The notes under the pieces were generated by a model, which was given only the letters and a program-made list of their open reading frames with translations, made no database searches and was not told where the DNA came from. A stretch of 64,000 bases of DNA, from contig CAYZJI010000002.1 in NCBI GenBank assembly GCA_964479045.1, forward strand, positions 51,660 to 115,659, written 5' to 3'. Shown here piece by piece: positions 55,809 to 64,000 of the stretch. The number at the start of each line of letters is the position of its first letter. Within the stretch, counting starts at the first letter, position 1. Made by a program: the position numbers and the translations under genes. This stretch comes from an uncultured Enterobacteriaceae bacterium (GTDB taxonomy: Bacteria > Pseudomonadota > Gammaproteobacteria > Eutrophobiales > Eutrophobiaceae).

Positions 55809-58800
55809 TCAATCCTGACCGGACAAATTGATCATTCTGGGTTTGCCTATGGCGTACCCTTGTACAAAATCAACACCAATTGTCTGAAGTTTTTCCAGAA
55901 TGATTCTGTTTTCCACAAATTCTGCGATAGTCTGTTTGCCCATTAATTTACCAATCTGGTTGATGGAACGCACCATCGCATAACTTGTTTTATCAGTAGC
56001 GAGATCGCGTACAAATGAACCGTCGATTTTCAGATAGTCTACAGGTAATGTCCGCAGGTATTTGAACGAGGAAAAACCGCTGCCAAAGTCATCCAGCGCG
56101 AAACGGCAGCCTTTGGCCTTGATGGCGCGTATGAAATTGGTGGCCCGACCGAGATTCTGCACAGCCTGGGTTTCCGTAATTTCAAAGCAGATTTTGTGTG
56201 CCGGGACAATACCGGTCTGGAGATGTGACAGGACCAGTTGCAAAAAGGCATCATCCCCGAGCGAATGTCCTGAGAGATTGATCGAACACAGGCCGATGCG
56301 GCGCAAACGGCGTGGATTTTCCGCCATCCAGCCGAGTGCGTGTTGCAGTACCCATTTGTCCAGTTCGATGCTGAGGTTATAACGTTCTGCAGCCGGCATG
56401 AATGCCCCGGGCATCACCATTTTGCCGCTTTTGTCCTGCATACGCAGCAGGAATTCATAGTGATGGCCCAGATCAGTACGGGGTCTGGCGGGGCGTATAG
56501 ATTGTATGCAGAGACGTAGTTGTTTTTCATCCAGCGCTTCATGGATTCTCACTGCCCATTGCATTTCTCCACGCCGTGCTTCCAGATTTTCATCATGCAA
56601 ACGGTAAATATGCACCCGGTTGCGTCCGGCATCCTTGGCCGCATAACAGGCCGCTTCCGCCATGCTCAATATATTCGAGAGCTCACCGCTGTTTTCATTG
56701 ATGGTAACAACGCCGATGCTGGCGCTGGGGGTATAGCGTCTGTCTTCCCAGTTGAAACGTAATTCGTAAATTTCATTGCATAATGCTTCAGCAACGCGTT
56801 CAGCCTGGCTTATAGAGCAGTACTCCATCAGCAAGGCAAATTTGTCACCACCGAGTCGTGCCAATATGTCACTCTTGCGGATGCGGGCCTGTAACAGTCC
56901 GGCGATTTGCCGCAATAATTCGTCGCCGGCCAAGTGACCGCAGGCGTCATTGATGATTTTGAACTGATCAAGGTCGATATGACACAGCGCATGTTCACTT
57001 TTTTCAACACGGCAGTTATTCAACAATAATGCCAGCCGCCGTTCCAGTTCCCGCCGGTTGGGTAGTCCGGTCAGGGCGTCATGTCTCTCCTGGAAACTGA
57101 GCCGTTCTGACAGCCGGCGGGTCTCCGTTATATTTTCCATTTGCAGGAGATAATATTCAGGCCGGCCTTTACTGTCTGTGATCAGCGTGGTGTTTTGCGT
57201 AACATGAATGATTTCACCGTTCTGATGTATGTAAGTCTGTTCCTCAGCGTGATTGGGATGCTCATTGTTTAATTGTCTGAGCTGTATGAATTGGGCCTCC
57301 AGTATTTCCGGCGACATGATATGTTCCAGTCCATGCTGGAACAATTCAGCTTCCCGGTATCCAATCATATCGGAAAACGCCGGATTGAAATGTGCAATCC
57401 TGAATGCAGGATCCAGCAGCATCATGCCGACGGGTGAATGTTCAAATATATTACGGAAACGCTCCTCACTTTGCCGTAATGCCCGTGTCGCTTTTTCACG
57501 TTGTATACGTGCGCGGAGTGCGCGTATGCCATGACTCAGGTTATCACCAAGATGTTTGAGCAGTTTTGCTTCTTCCTTATCAAAGGAATTTTTGCCGGTT
57601 GAATAAATGGCCAGTGTTCCGATGATGTCAGAATCTGTTTGTATCGGCATGACCATAATGGTTCTGTACCCGCGTTCCAGCGCATCATCACGCCACAGAT
57701 CAAACCCGGGTTCAGTGGCGATGTCATGCACGATGATGGTTTGTCCGCCGCGAATTGCCTTGCCGACCGGCCCCTGGCCATGGGAATCATCAGCCCAGGT
57801 GATCTTCTTGTCCAGATAACCGCTTTCAAGACCGGACCAGGTCACTGGCGAAACGGTGCGATGCTCATCACGTTGCTTGTAACCGATCCAGGCAAAGCAA
57901 TACTCGCCCTCTTTGACAATAATCCTGCAGATATCGTGCAGTAACTGGTTTTCAGTATTGGCCTGGGCAATGATGGCATTGCAATGACTCTGCATTTTCA
58001 GTGCGCGTGTGTTTTGAACACGCGAGGTGACATCATTGCTGACCATATACACGCCGGTAATCGTGCCATGGCTGTCAATATGAGGTGTCAGTGTGATTTC
58101 ATAGATATGCTTTTTGTCATCACGTTGCATGAAATGCTCATATTTGACGACCTTGCCGGTCAGTGCCGCCTTGAGATGTGGTTTGATTTTCTGGTATTCG
58201 CGTGGATCGGCGACCTTGTTGATGGGTTTACCCAAAACATCATTTCTTGAGTAACCAAAAGTATTCTCAAAGTTGGAATTTACATACTGGTATTTAAGGT
58301 CCTGATCGATGTAACTGATAATCACCGGTACGGAATCGCTGAGCAGGCGCATATGTGCCTGGCCTTCTCGCAAGGCCAGTTCGATACGTTTGCGCTCGGA
58401 AATATCATGGGTGACACTCAGGTGAGCAATGATCCTTCCATCGCGATCCCGTAATGGACTGGAGTGAGTTTGCAGCCAGCGTTGTTTCCCCTTCAGGCCG
58501 GTAATTTCAAATTCCAGCTTTCCCGTATACCCGTTGAGGACCTTGTGGTGTAATTCCATGAAAGTGTTCTGGTAGGGCAAGTTAACAAGTTTGCTGACAT
58601 GCATGCCGCGGACCTGTTCCAGTGACTCAGCTTCCAGCATGGCCAGCCCGGCCGGATTCATATCAAGGATAGTGCCATCTTCAGCCACCAGTTTTACACA
58701 CTCAGGCTCGGTATCGATGATGGTACGCAGATCCCGTTCCTTGTCAGCCAGACGCTCTGCAGTCTGCTTGTCGTCTGTCACATCAATAAACAAACCATTC

Positions 58801-59630
58801 CAGACAATGTTTCCTTCTGCGTCCGGAGGTTCGGGTATTGAATAACCCCGCAGCCAGCGTATGCCACCATCAGGTTCATGTACGCGGAATTCATAATGCC
58901 AGGGAGATAATTCATGTGCAGAAACTGCAATACTGCGTGTCAGGCCCTCAATATCAGCAGCATGAACTATGGACCAGGCTTTGGAGGATTCCTGCATGAT
59001 TTCTGCTGCGCTTAACCCGAACAACCGTGCTGCACCCGCGCTCATGTAGGGGAAATCCTGTTGACCGTTCCTGCCGAGACGGTACTGGTAAACTGCACCC
59101 GGCAATGAATTAATGATGCCTGACAGTAGCTTCTGGGTCTTGTTCAGGTCCTGGTTGATTTCTTCAAGCCGCCGTTGTTCCTTGAGTTTCTGCTCGGTAA
59201 TATCGCGCATGAAACAGTAATGATCAGTGACAACATCAGTATTTCCCGAACTGCGGAATTTCACGCAGTGTTTCCAGAACATGGAACCATTTTTACGGAT
59301 ACCGCGCCCTTCATATTCACCGCGGCCGGTCCGATGCATATCGGCGATGGCCCGTTCCGCTTCACTCCAGTCATCCTCATGGGTCAAATCACGCCAGGTC
59401 AGCGTGGTAAGCTCTTCCGGTGCATAACCATAGGCGTCAAGAAAGCGCTGGTTGGTGCCAAGAAAATGTCCCTGGGTATCAATACGCGATATACACTCAA
59501 GGGCCTTCTCGAAGATGTCGTTGAGATTAAAAACCTCGCCATCTGTCTGAACAGTGTGAGTTCTGGGCACACCCGTTGTACGGTTTTTTTTATCCACGGG
59601 AGCAGGAGAATCGGTATATGGCACAGGCAA
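55809..59630 (-). CDS. Multidomain c-di-GMP signalling protein: multiple PAS, GAF, GGDEF (RLGGDKF) and EAL (EFLLR) domains
   Basis: 1273 aa. GGDEF-like motif GGDKF, EAL motifs EFLLRM...DDFGSGFSSF, and several PAS-like repeats. The start codon is uncertain: the track start at 59630 is a TTG and the first in-frame ATG is about 95 codons in. Confidence 0.8.
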   Translation of the reverse strand: MPVPYTDSPAPVDKKNRTTGVPRTHTVQTDGEVFNLNDIFEKALECISRIDTQGHFLGTNQRFLDAYGYAPEELTTLTWRDLTHEDDWSEAERAIADMHRTGRGEYEGRGIRKNGSMFWKHCVKFRSSGNTDVVTDHYCFMRDITEQKLKEQRRLEEINQDLNKTQKLLSGIINSLPGAVYQYRLGRNGQQDFPYMSAGAARLFGLSAAEIMQESSKAWSIVHAADIEGLTRSIAVSAHELSPWHYEFRVHEPDGGIRWLRGYSIPEPPDAEGNIVWNGLFIDVTDDKQTAERLADKERDLRTIIDTEPECVKLVAEDGTILDMNPAGLAMLEAESLEQVRGMHVSKLVNLPYQNTFMELHHKVLNGYTGKLEFEITGLKGKQRWLQTHSSPLRDRDGRIIAHLSVTHDISERKRIELALREGQAHMRLLSDSVPVIISYIDQDLKYQYVNSNFENTFGYSRNDVLGKPINKVADPREYQKIKPHLKAALTGKVVKYEHFMQRDDKKHIYEITLTPHIDSHGTITGVYMVSNDVTSRVQNTRALKMQSHCNAIIAQANTENQLLHDICRIIVKEGEYCFAWIGYKQRDEHRTVSPVTWSGLESGYLDKKITWADDSHGQGPVGKAIRGGQTIIVHDIATEPGFDLWRDDALERGYRTIMVMPIQTDSDIIGTLAIYSTGKNSFDKEEAKLLKHLGDNLSHGIRALRARIQREKATRALRQSEERFRNIFEHSPVGMMLLDPAFRIAHFNPAFSDMIGYREAELFQHGLEHIMSPEILEAQFIQLRQLNNEHPNHAEEQTYIHQNGEIIHVTQNTTLITDSKGRPEYYLLQMENITETRRLSERLSFQERHDALTGLPNRRELERRLALLLNNCRVEKSEHALCHIDLDQFKIINDACGHLAGDELLRQIAGLLQARIRKSDILARLGGDKFALLMEYCSISQAERVAEALCNEIYELRFNWEDRRYTPSASIGVVTINENSGELSNILSMAEAACYAAKDAGRNRVHIYRLHDENLEARRGEMQWAVRIHEALDEKQLRLCIQSIRPARPRTDLGHHYEFLLRMQDKSGKMVMPGAFMPAAERYNLSIELDKWVLQHALGWMAENPRRLRRIGLCSINLSGHSLGDDAFLQLVLSHLQTGIVPAHKICFEITETQAVQNLGRATNFIRAIKAKGCRFALDDFGSGFSSFKYLRTLPVDYLKIDGSFVRDLATDKTSYAMVRSINQIGKLMGKQTIAEFVENRIILEKLQTIGVDFVQGYAIGKPRMINLSGQD

Positions 59631-59643
59631 TACAACCCAGCGT

Positions 59644-59661
59644 CTTATTATTATTATTATT
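59644..59661. repeat. (TTA)6 trinucleotide microsatellite immediately 5' of the PAS-GGDEF-EAL gene
   Basis: Read directly: cTTATTATTATTATTATTAg. On the coding (minus) strand it reads (TAA)6, 14 nt upstream of the annotated TTG start. Confidence 0.9.
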
Positions 59662-59702
59662 AGTTATAAACTGGGTAATTAAACTTCCCATACGTTTAAG
59701 TA

Positions 59703-59724
59703 TGGTGTGAACCAGTTCACATTC
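59703..59724. promoter_or_regulatory. CRP/Vfr-type site tggTGTGAaccagtTCACAttc
   Basis: Perfect TGTGA-N6-TCACA core, about 83 bp upstream of the GGDEF-EAL gene start. Confidence 0.55.
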
Positions 59725-59741
59725 AATTAGCGCAAAGCAGC

Positions 59742-59763
59742 AAATGTGATTTACATCACATTT
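59742..59763. promoter_or_regulatory. Near-consensus 22-bp CRP/Vfr site AAATGTGATttacATCACATTT
   Basis: Matches the CRP consensus AAATGTGATCTAGATCACATTT at 18 of 22 positions, with perfect half-sites. About 122 bp upstream of the gene start and 39 bp from the first site. Confidence 0.6.
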
Positions 59764-59859
59764 CAAACTTACAAGATCAAGGGACGGGTTACAAGCTCCT
59801 AAAATCGGGCAGATGCCCGGTCTACAGGAACCGGTAAATATCAGCCGTGTATGACTTGA

Positions 59860-60333
59860 CTAGAACGGGATGTCATCATCAAAATCATCTTCCTTGCGTT
59901 TACCTGTGGTTTGCGGTCTGGCGCTGTTCTGGGAAGGTGATCTATCCTCTGTGTCAGGGGCCGTCTGGTTGCTGTAGGCAGTCCCGGAGCTACCACCACG
60001 ACCGCCCAGCATCTGCATCTCGCTGGCGATGATTTCTGTGGTGTAACGGTCCTTGCCTTCCTTGTCCTGCCACTTGTTGGTTCTGAGGCTTCCTTCCACG
60101 TAGACCTGTGAACCTTTCTTGAGGTATTCACTGGCAATCTCGGCCAGCCGCCCGAAAAATACCACGCGGTGCCATTCGGTGCGTTCCTGCTGTTCGCCGG
60201 AATCCTTGTCCTTCCAGGATTCTGAAGTAGCCAGCGAGATATTGGTAATCGCCTTGCCATTGGCGGTGTAACGCACGTCAGGGTCGTTACCGAGATTACC
60301 GATTAGAATGACTTTGTTGACTCCACGGGCCAT
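59860..60333 (-). CDS. ssb: Single-stranded DNA-binding protein
   Basis: OB-fold N-terminus ([23 protein letters not shown]), Gly-rich linker and acidic tail DDDIPF. Confidence 0.95.
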   Translation of the reverse strand: MARGVNKVILIGNLGNDPDVRYTANGKAITNISLATSESWKDKDSGEQQERTEWHRVVFFGRLAEIASEYLKKGSQVYVEGSLRTNKWQDKEGKDRYTTEIIASEMQMLGGRGGSSGTAYSNQTAPDTEDRSPSQNSARPQTTGKRKEDDFDDDIPF

Positions 60334-60414
60334 AGGATTCCCTCCTTTTATATTTATTGATCAAAGAAGCGATGTTATCGCAATCCGGCGGTGCGTGCAC
60401 CGGCACGCTGTGAA

Positions 60415-61620
60415 TCAAGGGGTGCCGGGGGATAAGCTCTTGTGTTGAAAGGGCTTTTGCAAAAGGAACAGGAGCAGAAGCCAGAACAGACATATGGAAC
60501 TGCCAAACAGAAATACGCCTGCTTCCGCAAAATGATCATATAGAAAGCCGCCGGCCACACCACCACAGAAGGTACCGATAAACTGGCTGGTGGAATAAAT
60601 TCCAAGAGCAGCGCCTTTTTGCCCGGCTGGGGCGGCCTTCGAGATCAGTGCCGGCAGGGACGCTTCCATGTAATTGAAAGCCAGAAAGAACAAAAGCAGA
60701 AAAAATGCAATAACCGTGGTACTCATCTGCCCCAGATAAAATCCCGATTGTGCCAGCAGCATCAGAAATACCGCGCCGGTAAAAAACAGGCGTTCTTTAT
60801 GGTATTTTTCTCCGAGGATCAGGAAGGGCATCATCAATATGCCGGAAAGTATCAGCACCGGCAGATAGATATGCCAGTGGGATGCAACCTCAATCCCGGC
60901 CACGTCACGAAGTAGCAACGGTATGGCGACAAAACTAGCCATGAGGATCATATGCAGCAGGAATATGCTGACATAAAGACGCAGTAACGATCGATCTGTG
61001 AGCAATACGGATATCCCACTGATGTTACGGGCGGAGGTTGCACTCATATCCGGATCCGGTACCAGCAACAGCAGAATCAGGATGGCCAGCCCGGCCAGGG
61101 CCGCACTGATATAGAACAAACCCGGGACACCTACCATGGGATCCAGTAAGGGTCCTGCAACAAACGCAAGACAGAAAGCAGCACCGACGCTGATGCCTAT
61201 CAGTGCCATGGCCTTGCTTCGTTGTGATTCACGCGTGAGGTCGGCTGCCAGCGCCATCACGGCTGCGGCAATGGCGCCGGCACCTTGCAGGGCACGGCCC
61301 AGAATGATCAGGTAAATGGAGTCGGTGCTGCCGGCAATTCCGCTGCCGAGTATAAAAATCAACAGGCCACCGATAATGACAGGCTTTCTGCCGAGGCGAT
61401 CTGATAATACTCCGAACGGGATCTGGCACAGGGCCTGGGTCAGACCATAGCATCCCAGTGCCAGACCAATCAGGACAGGTGTTGCATCAGGCAGATCCCG
61501 CGCATAGAGGACAAATACGGGAAGAATCAGGAACAGTCCCAGCATGCGCAGGAAAAAAATCAGGGCCAGCGCAAGACTGCTGCGAAGCTCTGTAGTGGTC
61601 ATGGTATCGCCAGTAGACAT
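60415..61620 (-). CDS. MFS transporter (uvrA-ssb intergenic gene, as in Pseudomonas)
   Basis: 12-TM MFS. The start is ambiguous (ATG at 61674, 61620 or 61602); 61620 was chosen. Confidence 0.65.
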   Translation of the reverse strand: MSTGDTMTTTELRSSLALALIFFLRMLGLFLILPVFVLYARDLPDATPVLIGLALGCYGLTQALCQIPFGVLSDRLGRKPVIIGGLLIFILGSGIAGSTDSIYLIILGRALQGAGAIAAAVMALAADLTRESQRSKAMALIGISVGAAFCLAFVAGPLLDPMVGVPGLFYISAALAGLAILILLLLVPDPDMSATSARNISGISVLLTDRSLLRLYVSIFLLHMILMASFVAIPLLLRDVAGIEVASHWHIYLPVLILSGILMMPFLILGEKYHKERLFFTGAVFLMLLAQSGFYLGQMSTTVIAFFLLLFFLAFNYMEASLPALISKAAPAGQKGAALGIYSTSQFIGTFCGGVAGGFLYDHFAEAGVFLFGSSICLFWLLLLFLLQKPFQHKSLSPGTP

Positions 61621-61726
61621 TCCTGAATCTCTTTGCGTCGGGTCATAAAAAGCCCGTATAGTAGCAGTTTGCATTTTTGGCGGCGAAAAAGATTTAACCG
61701 AAACACTATCCGCGCGACGAACGTTT

Positions 61727-64000
61727 CATGAATTACATCCGTATCCGGGGCGCCCGTACCCATAATCTGAAGAATATCGACCTGGATATTCCGCGTGACA
61801 GGCTGATTGTCATCACCGGGCTTTCCGGTTCCGGCAAGTCATCGCTCGCGTTTGATACGATTTATGCGGATGGCCAGCGCAGGTATGTGGAATCGCTCTC
61901 AGCGTATGCGCGGCAGTTTTTATCCATGATGGAAAAACCGGATGTTGACCATATCGAAGGATTGTCGCCTGCGATTTCCATAGAACAGAAATCCACTTCT
62001 CATAATCCGCGTTCGACCGTCGGCACCATCACCGAAATCTACGATTATCTGCGCCTGCTGTATGCGCGTGTTGGCGAACCGCGCTGCCCGGAACATGGCG
62101 TGAGTCTTGCGGCACAAACCATCAGCCAGATGGTAGATCAGGTGCTGAGCTCGCCGGATGGCGAACGTTTGATGCTGCTGGCGCCCGTGGTGCAGGGACG
62201 CAAGGGAGAACATCTGCAACTGATTGAGCGCCTGAAAAGCGAAGGTTTCATCCGTGCCCGGATTGACGGCAAGGTCGTTGAACTTGATCAGGCGCCGGCA
62301 CTGGATCTGCGCAAAAAACATGATATCGAAGTGATCGTGGATCGGTTCAAGGTACGTGCTGATCTCGGGTTGCGACTGGCGGAATCGTTTGAGACAGCAA
62401 CACGTTTATCAGAGGGTATTGCCCGGGTCGTTTCACTGGATCAACCGCACCGGGATGAGATCACGTTTTCAGCCCGATTTGCCTGCAGCCAGTGCGGTTA
62501 CAGTCTGAATGAACTCGAGCCGAGGTTGTTTTCGTTTAACAATCCCATGGGTGCTTGCAGTCAGTGTGATGGTCTGGGCGTGATCCAGTTTTTTGATCCG
62601 GAACGTGTCATCCAGGATCCGGCATTGAGTCTGCCCGGCGGTGCCATCCGCGGCTGGGACCGGCGCAATGCCTATTATTACCAGTTACTGAAAAACCTGG
62701 CGGCACATTACAAGTTTAATATTGATGCTCCTTTCAGAAGTATCACCAAAAACATCCAGGACGTGATTCTGTTTGGCAGTGGTGACGTGGAAATTACCTT
62801 TGATTACCTGCATGACCGCAAACGTACCGTCAAGCGCAAACATCCGTTTGAGGGTGTCATCCCGAACATGGAGCGGCGTTACAAGGAAACAGACTCCATC
62901 ATGGTGCGTGAAGAACTGGCGAAATACCTGAGCAACAAGTCATGCCCTTCCTGTAATGGCACACGGCTCAATCCCTCGGCACGGCATGTGTTTATCGGCG
63001 AACGTTCATTGCCTGAAGTGACGGCACTGCCCATTGAACGCGCCCGCCATTTTTTCAGTGAGTTGCGTATCCAGGGACAGCGTGGCGAAATCGCTGCCAA
63101 AATTCTGAAAGAAGTGAATGACCGGCTGCAGTTTCTGGTGAATGTTGGTTTGAATTATCTGACGCTGGATCGCAGTGCCGAAACTCTTTCCGGTGGTGAA
63201 GCACAACGCATCCGCCTGGCCAGCCAGATCGGCGCCGGTCTGGTGGGTGTCATGTATGTCCTCGATGAGCCTTCCATTGGTCTGCACCAGCGGGACAATC
63301 AGAAATTACTCTCAACCCTCCGCCACCTGCGCGATCTGGGTAATACAGTGATTGTGGTTGAACATGATGAGGAAGCCATCGCAGCGGCCGATCACATTAT
63401 CGATATCGGTCCAGGTGCCGGCGTGCATGGCGGGAAAATTGTTGCTGAAGGATTGCCGGCCGATATCGCCGCTCATGCAGAATCCCTGACCGGGCAATAT
63501 CTATCTGGCCGCCGGCGCATTGAAATTCCGGCGCTGAGAACACCTGTGAATCCAAAAACAATGCTGCGCATCAAAGGTGCTGCCGGCAACAACCTGCGTA
63601 CCATTGATGTCGAGTTTCCGGTTGGCACATTGATCTGTGTTACCGGCGTTTCAGGATCAGGAAAGTCCACGCTTATCAATGAAACGCTTTATAAAATTGC
63701 TGCCAAAGAGATCAATGGCAGCAATCTCGCTCCTGCGAAATACAAATCCATCGATGGCCTCGATCATTTTGACAAGGTCGTGGATATTGATCAGAGCCCT
63801 ATCGGTCGTACGCCCCGTTCCAACCCGGCAACCTATACCGGTATATTCACGCCGATACGTGAGTTGTATGCCGCAACTCAGGAAGCACGTTCACGGGGTT
63901 ATCAACCCGGCCGTTTCAGTTTCAATGTAAAAGGCGGGCGTTGCGAAGCCTGCGAGGGCGACGGCGTGATCAAGGTAGAGATGCATTTTCTTCCAGATAT
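61727..64000 (+). CDS. uvrA: Excinuclease ABC subunit A, partial (runs past the window end)
   Basis: My own translation from the ATG at 61727: [44 protein letters not shown]..., near-identical to the E. coli UvrA N-terminus. Absent from the ORF track because no stop falls inside the window. Confidence 0.95.

Noticed and set aside
59631-61726. LexA/SOS boxes (CTGT-N8-ACAG) expected near ssb and uvrA
   Set aside because: I scanned both intergenic regions (60334-60414 and 61675-61726) and the ssb-GGDEF gap and found no CTGT-N8-ACAG or close variant. Either regulation differs here or the box type is one I cannot recognise by eye.
1-64000. CRISPR arrays, integrases, transposases and toxin-antitoxin pairs
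   Set aside because: I found no direct-repeat/spacer arrays, no tyrosine-recombinase or DDE-transposase-like ORFs, and no tRNA-adjacent island. The single tRNA-Gln is followed directly by housekeeping genes.

Overview
This 64 kb window looks like chromosomal DNA from a gammaproteobacterium. Gene order resembles Pseudomonas, but GC content is only about 50%. It is densely coding: about 58 protein genes and one tRNA.

Recognisable blocks, in order:
- a methionine-salvage operon (mtnB, mtnD, mtnC);
- a MerR-type regulator divergent from a small unknown protein plus a membrane-anchored Hanks-type Ser/Thr kinase;
- a nitroreductase, an LpxH-like phosphoesterase and a GT1 glycosyltransferase;
- a FimX-like response regulator with degenerate GGDEF and EAL domains, next to an ExeA-like AAA ATPase with a C-terminal SPOR domain;
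- an anaerobic gene island: hemN, a PhyH-like dioxygenase, a split class II ribonucleotide reductase (nrdJa, nrdJb) behind an outer-membrane beta-barrel gene, narK1K2GHJI with a PpiC-type isomerase, nnrS and a Cache-type chemoreceptor. Three consensus FNR/ANR boxes (TTGAT-N4-ATCAA) sit in front of this island;
- tRNA-Gln, rplM, rpsI, coq7, an hsp20 gene with a sigma-32 promoter, and a degP/mucD-like protease;
- an Slp-family lipoprotein with a (GTGAAGC)6 repeat in its 5' leader and a Tyr/Pro/His-rich tail;
- cbbY-like, rmuC, cysH, a radical-SAM SplB-like gene, a PepSY-PepSY-response regulator-histidine kinase module, zapE, a candidate small RNA, an EF-G paralog, cysI with a DUF934 gene, pyk, an lplT-like transporter, a decayed EAL pseudogene lying tail-to-tail with an intact 1273-aa PAS/GAF/GGDEF/EAL protein, and finally ssb, an MFS transporter and uvrA.

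The intact PAS/GAF/GGDEF/EAL gene has two consensus CRP sites and a (TTA)6 repeat upstream.

I found no mobile elements, CRISPR arrays or recognisable phage-defence genes. The parts most likely to be new are the kinase module, the repeat-controlled Slp lipoprotein, the CRP-controlled c-di-GMP gene with its pseudogene mirror, and the candidate small RNA.
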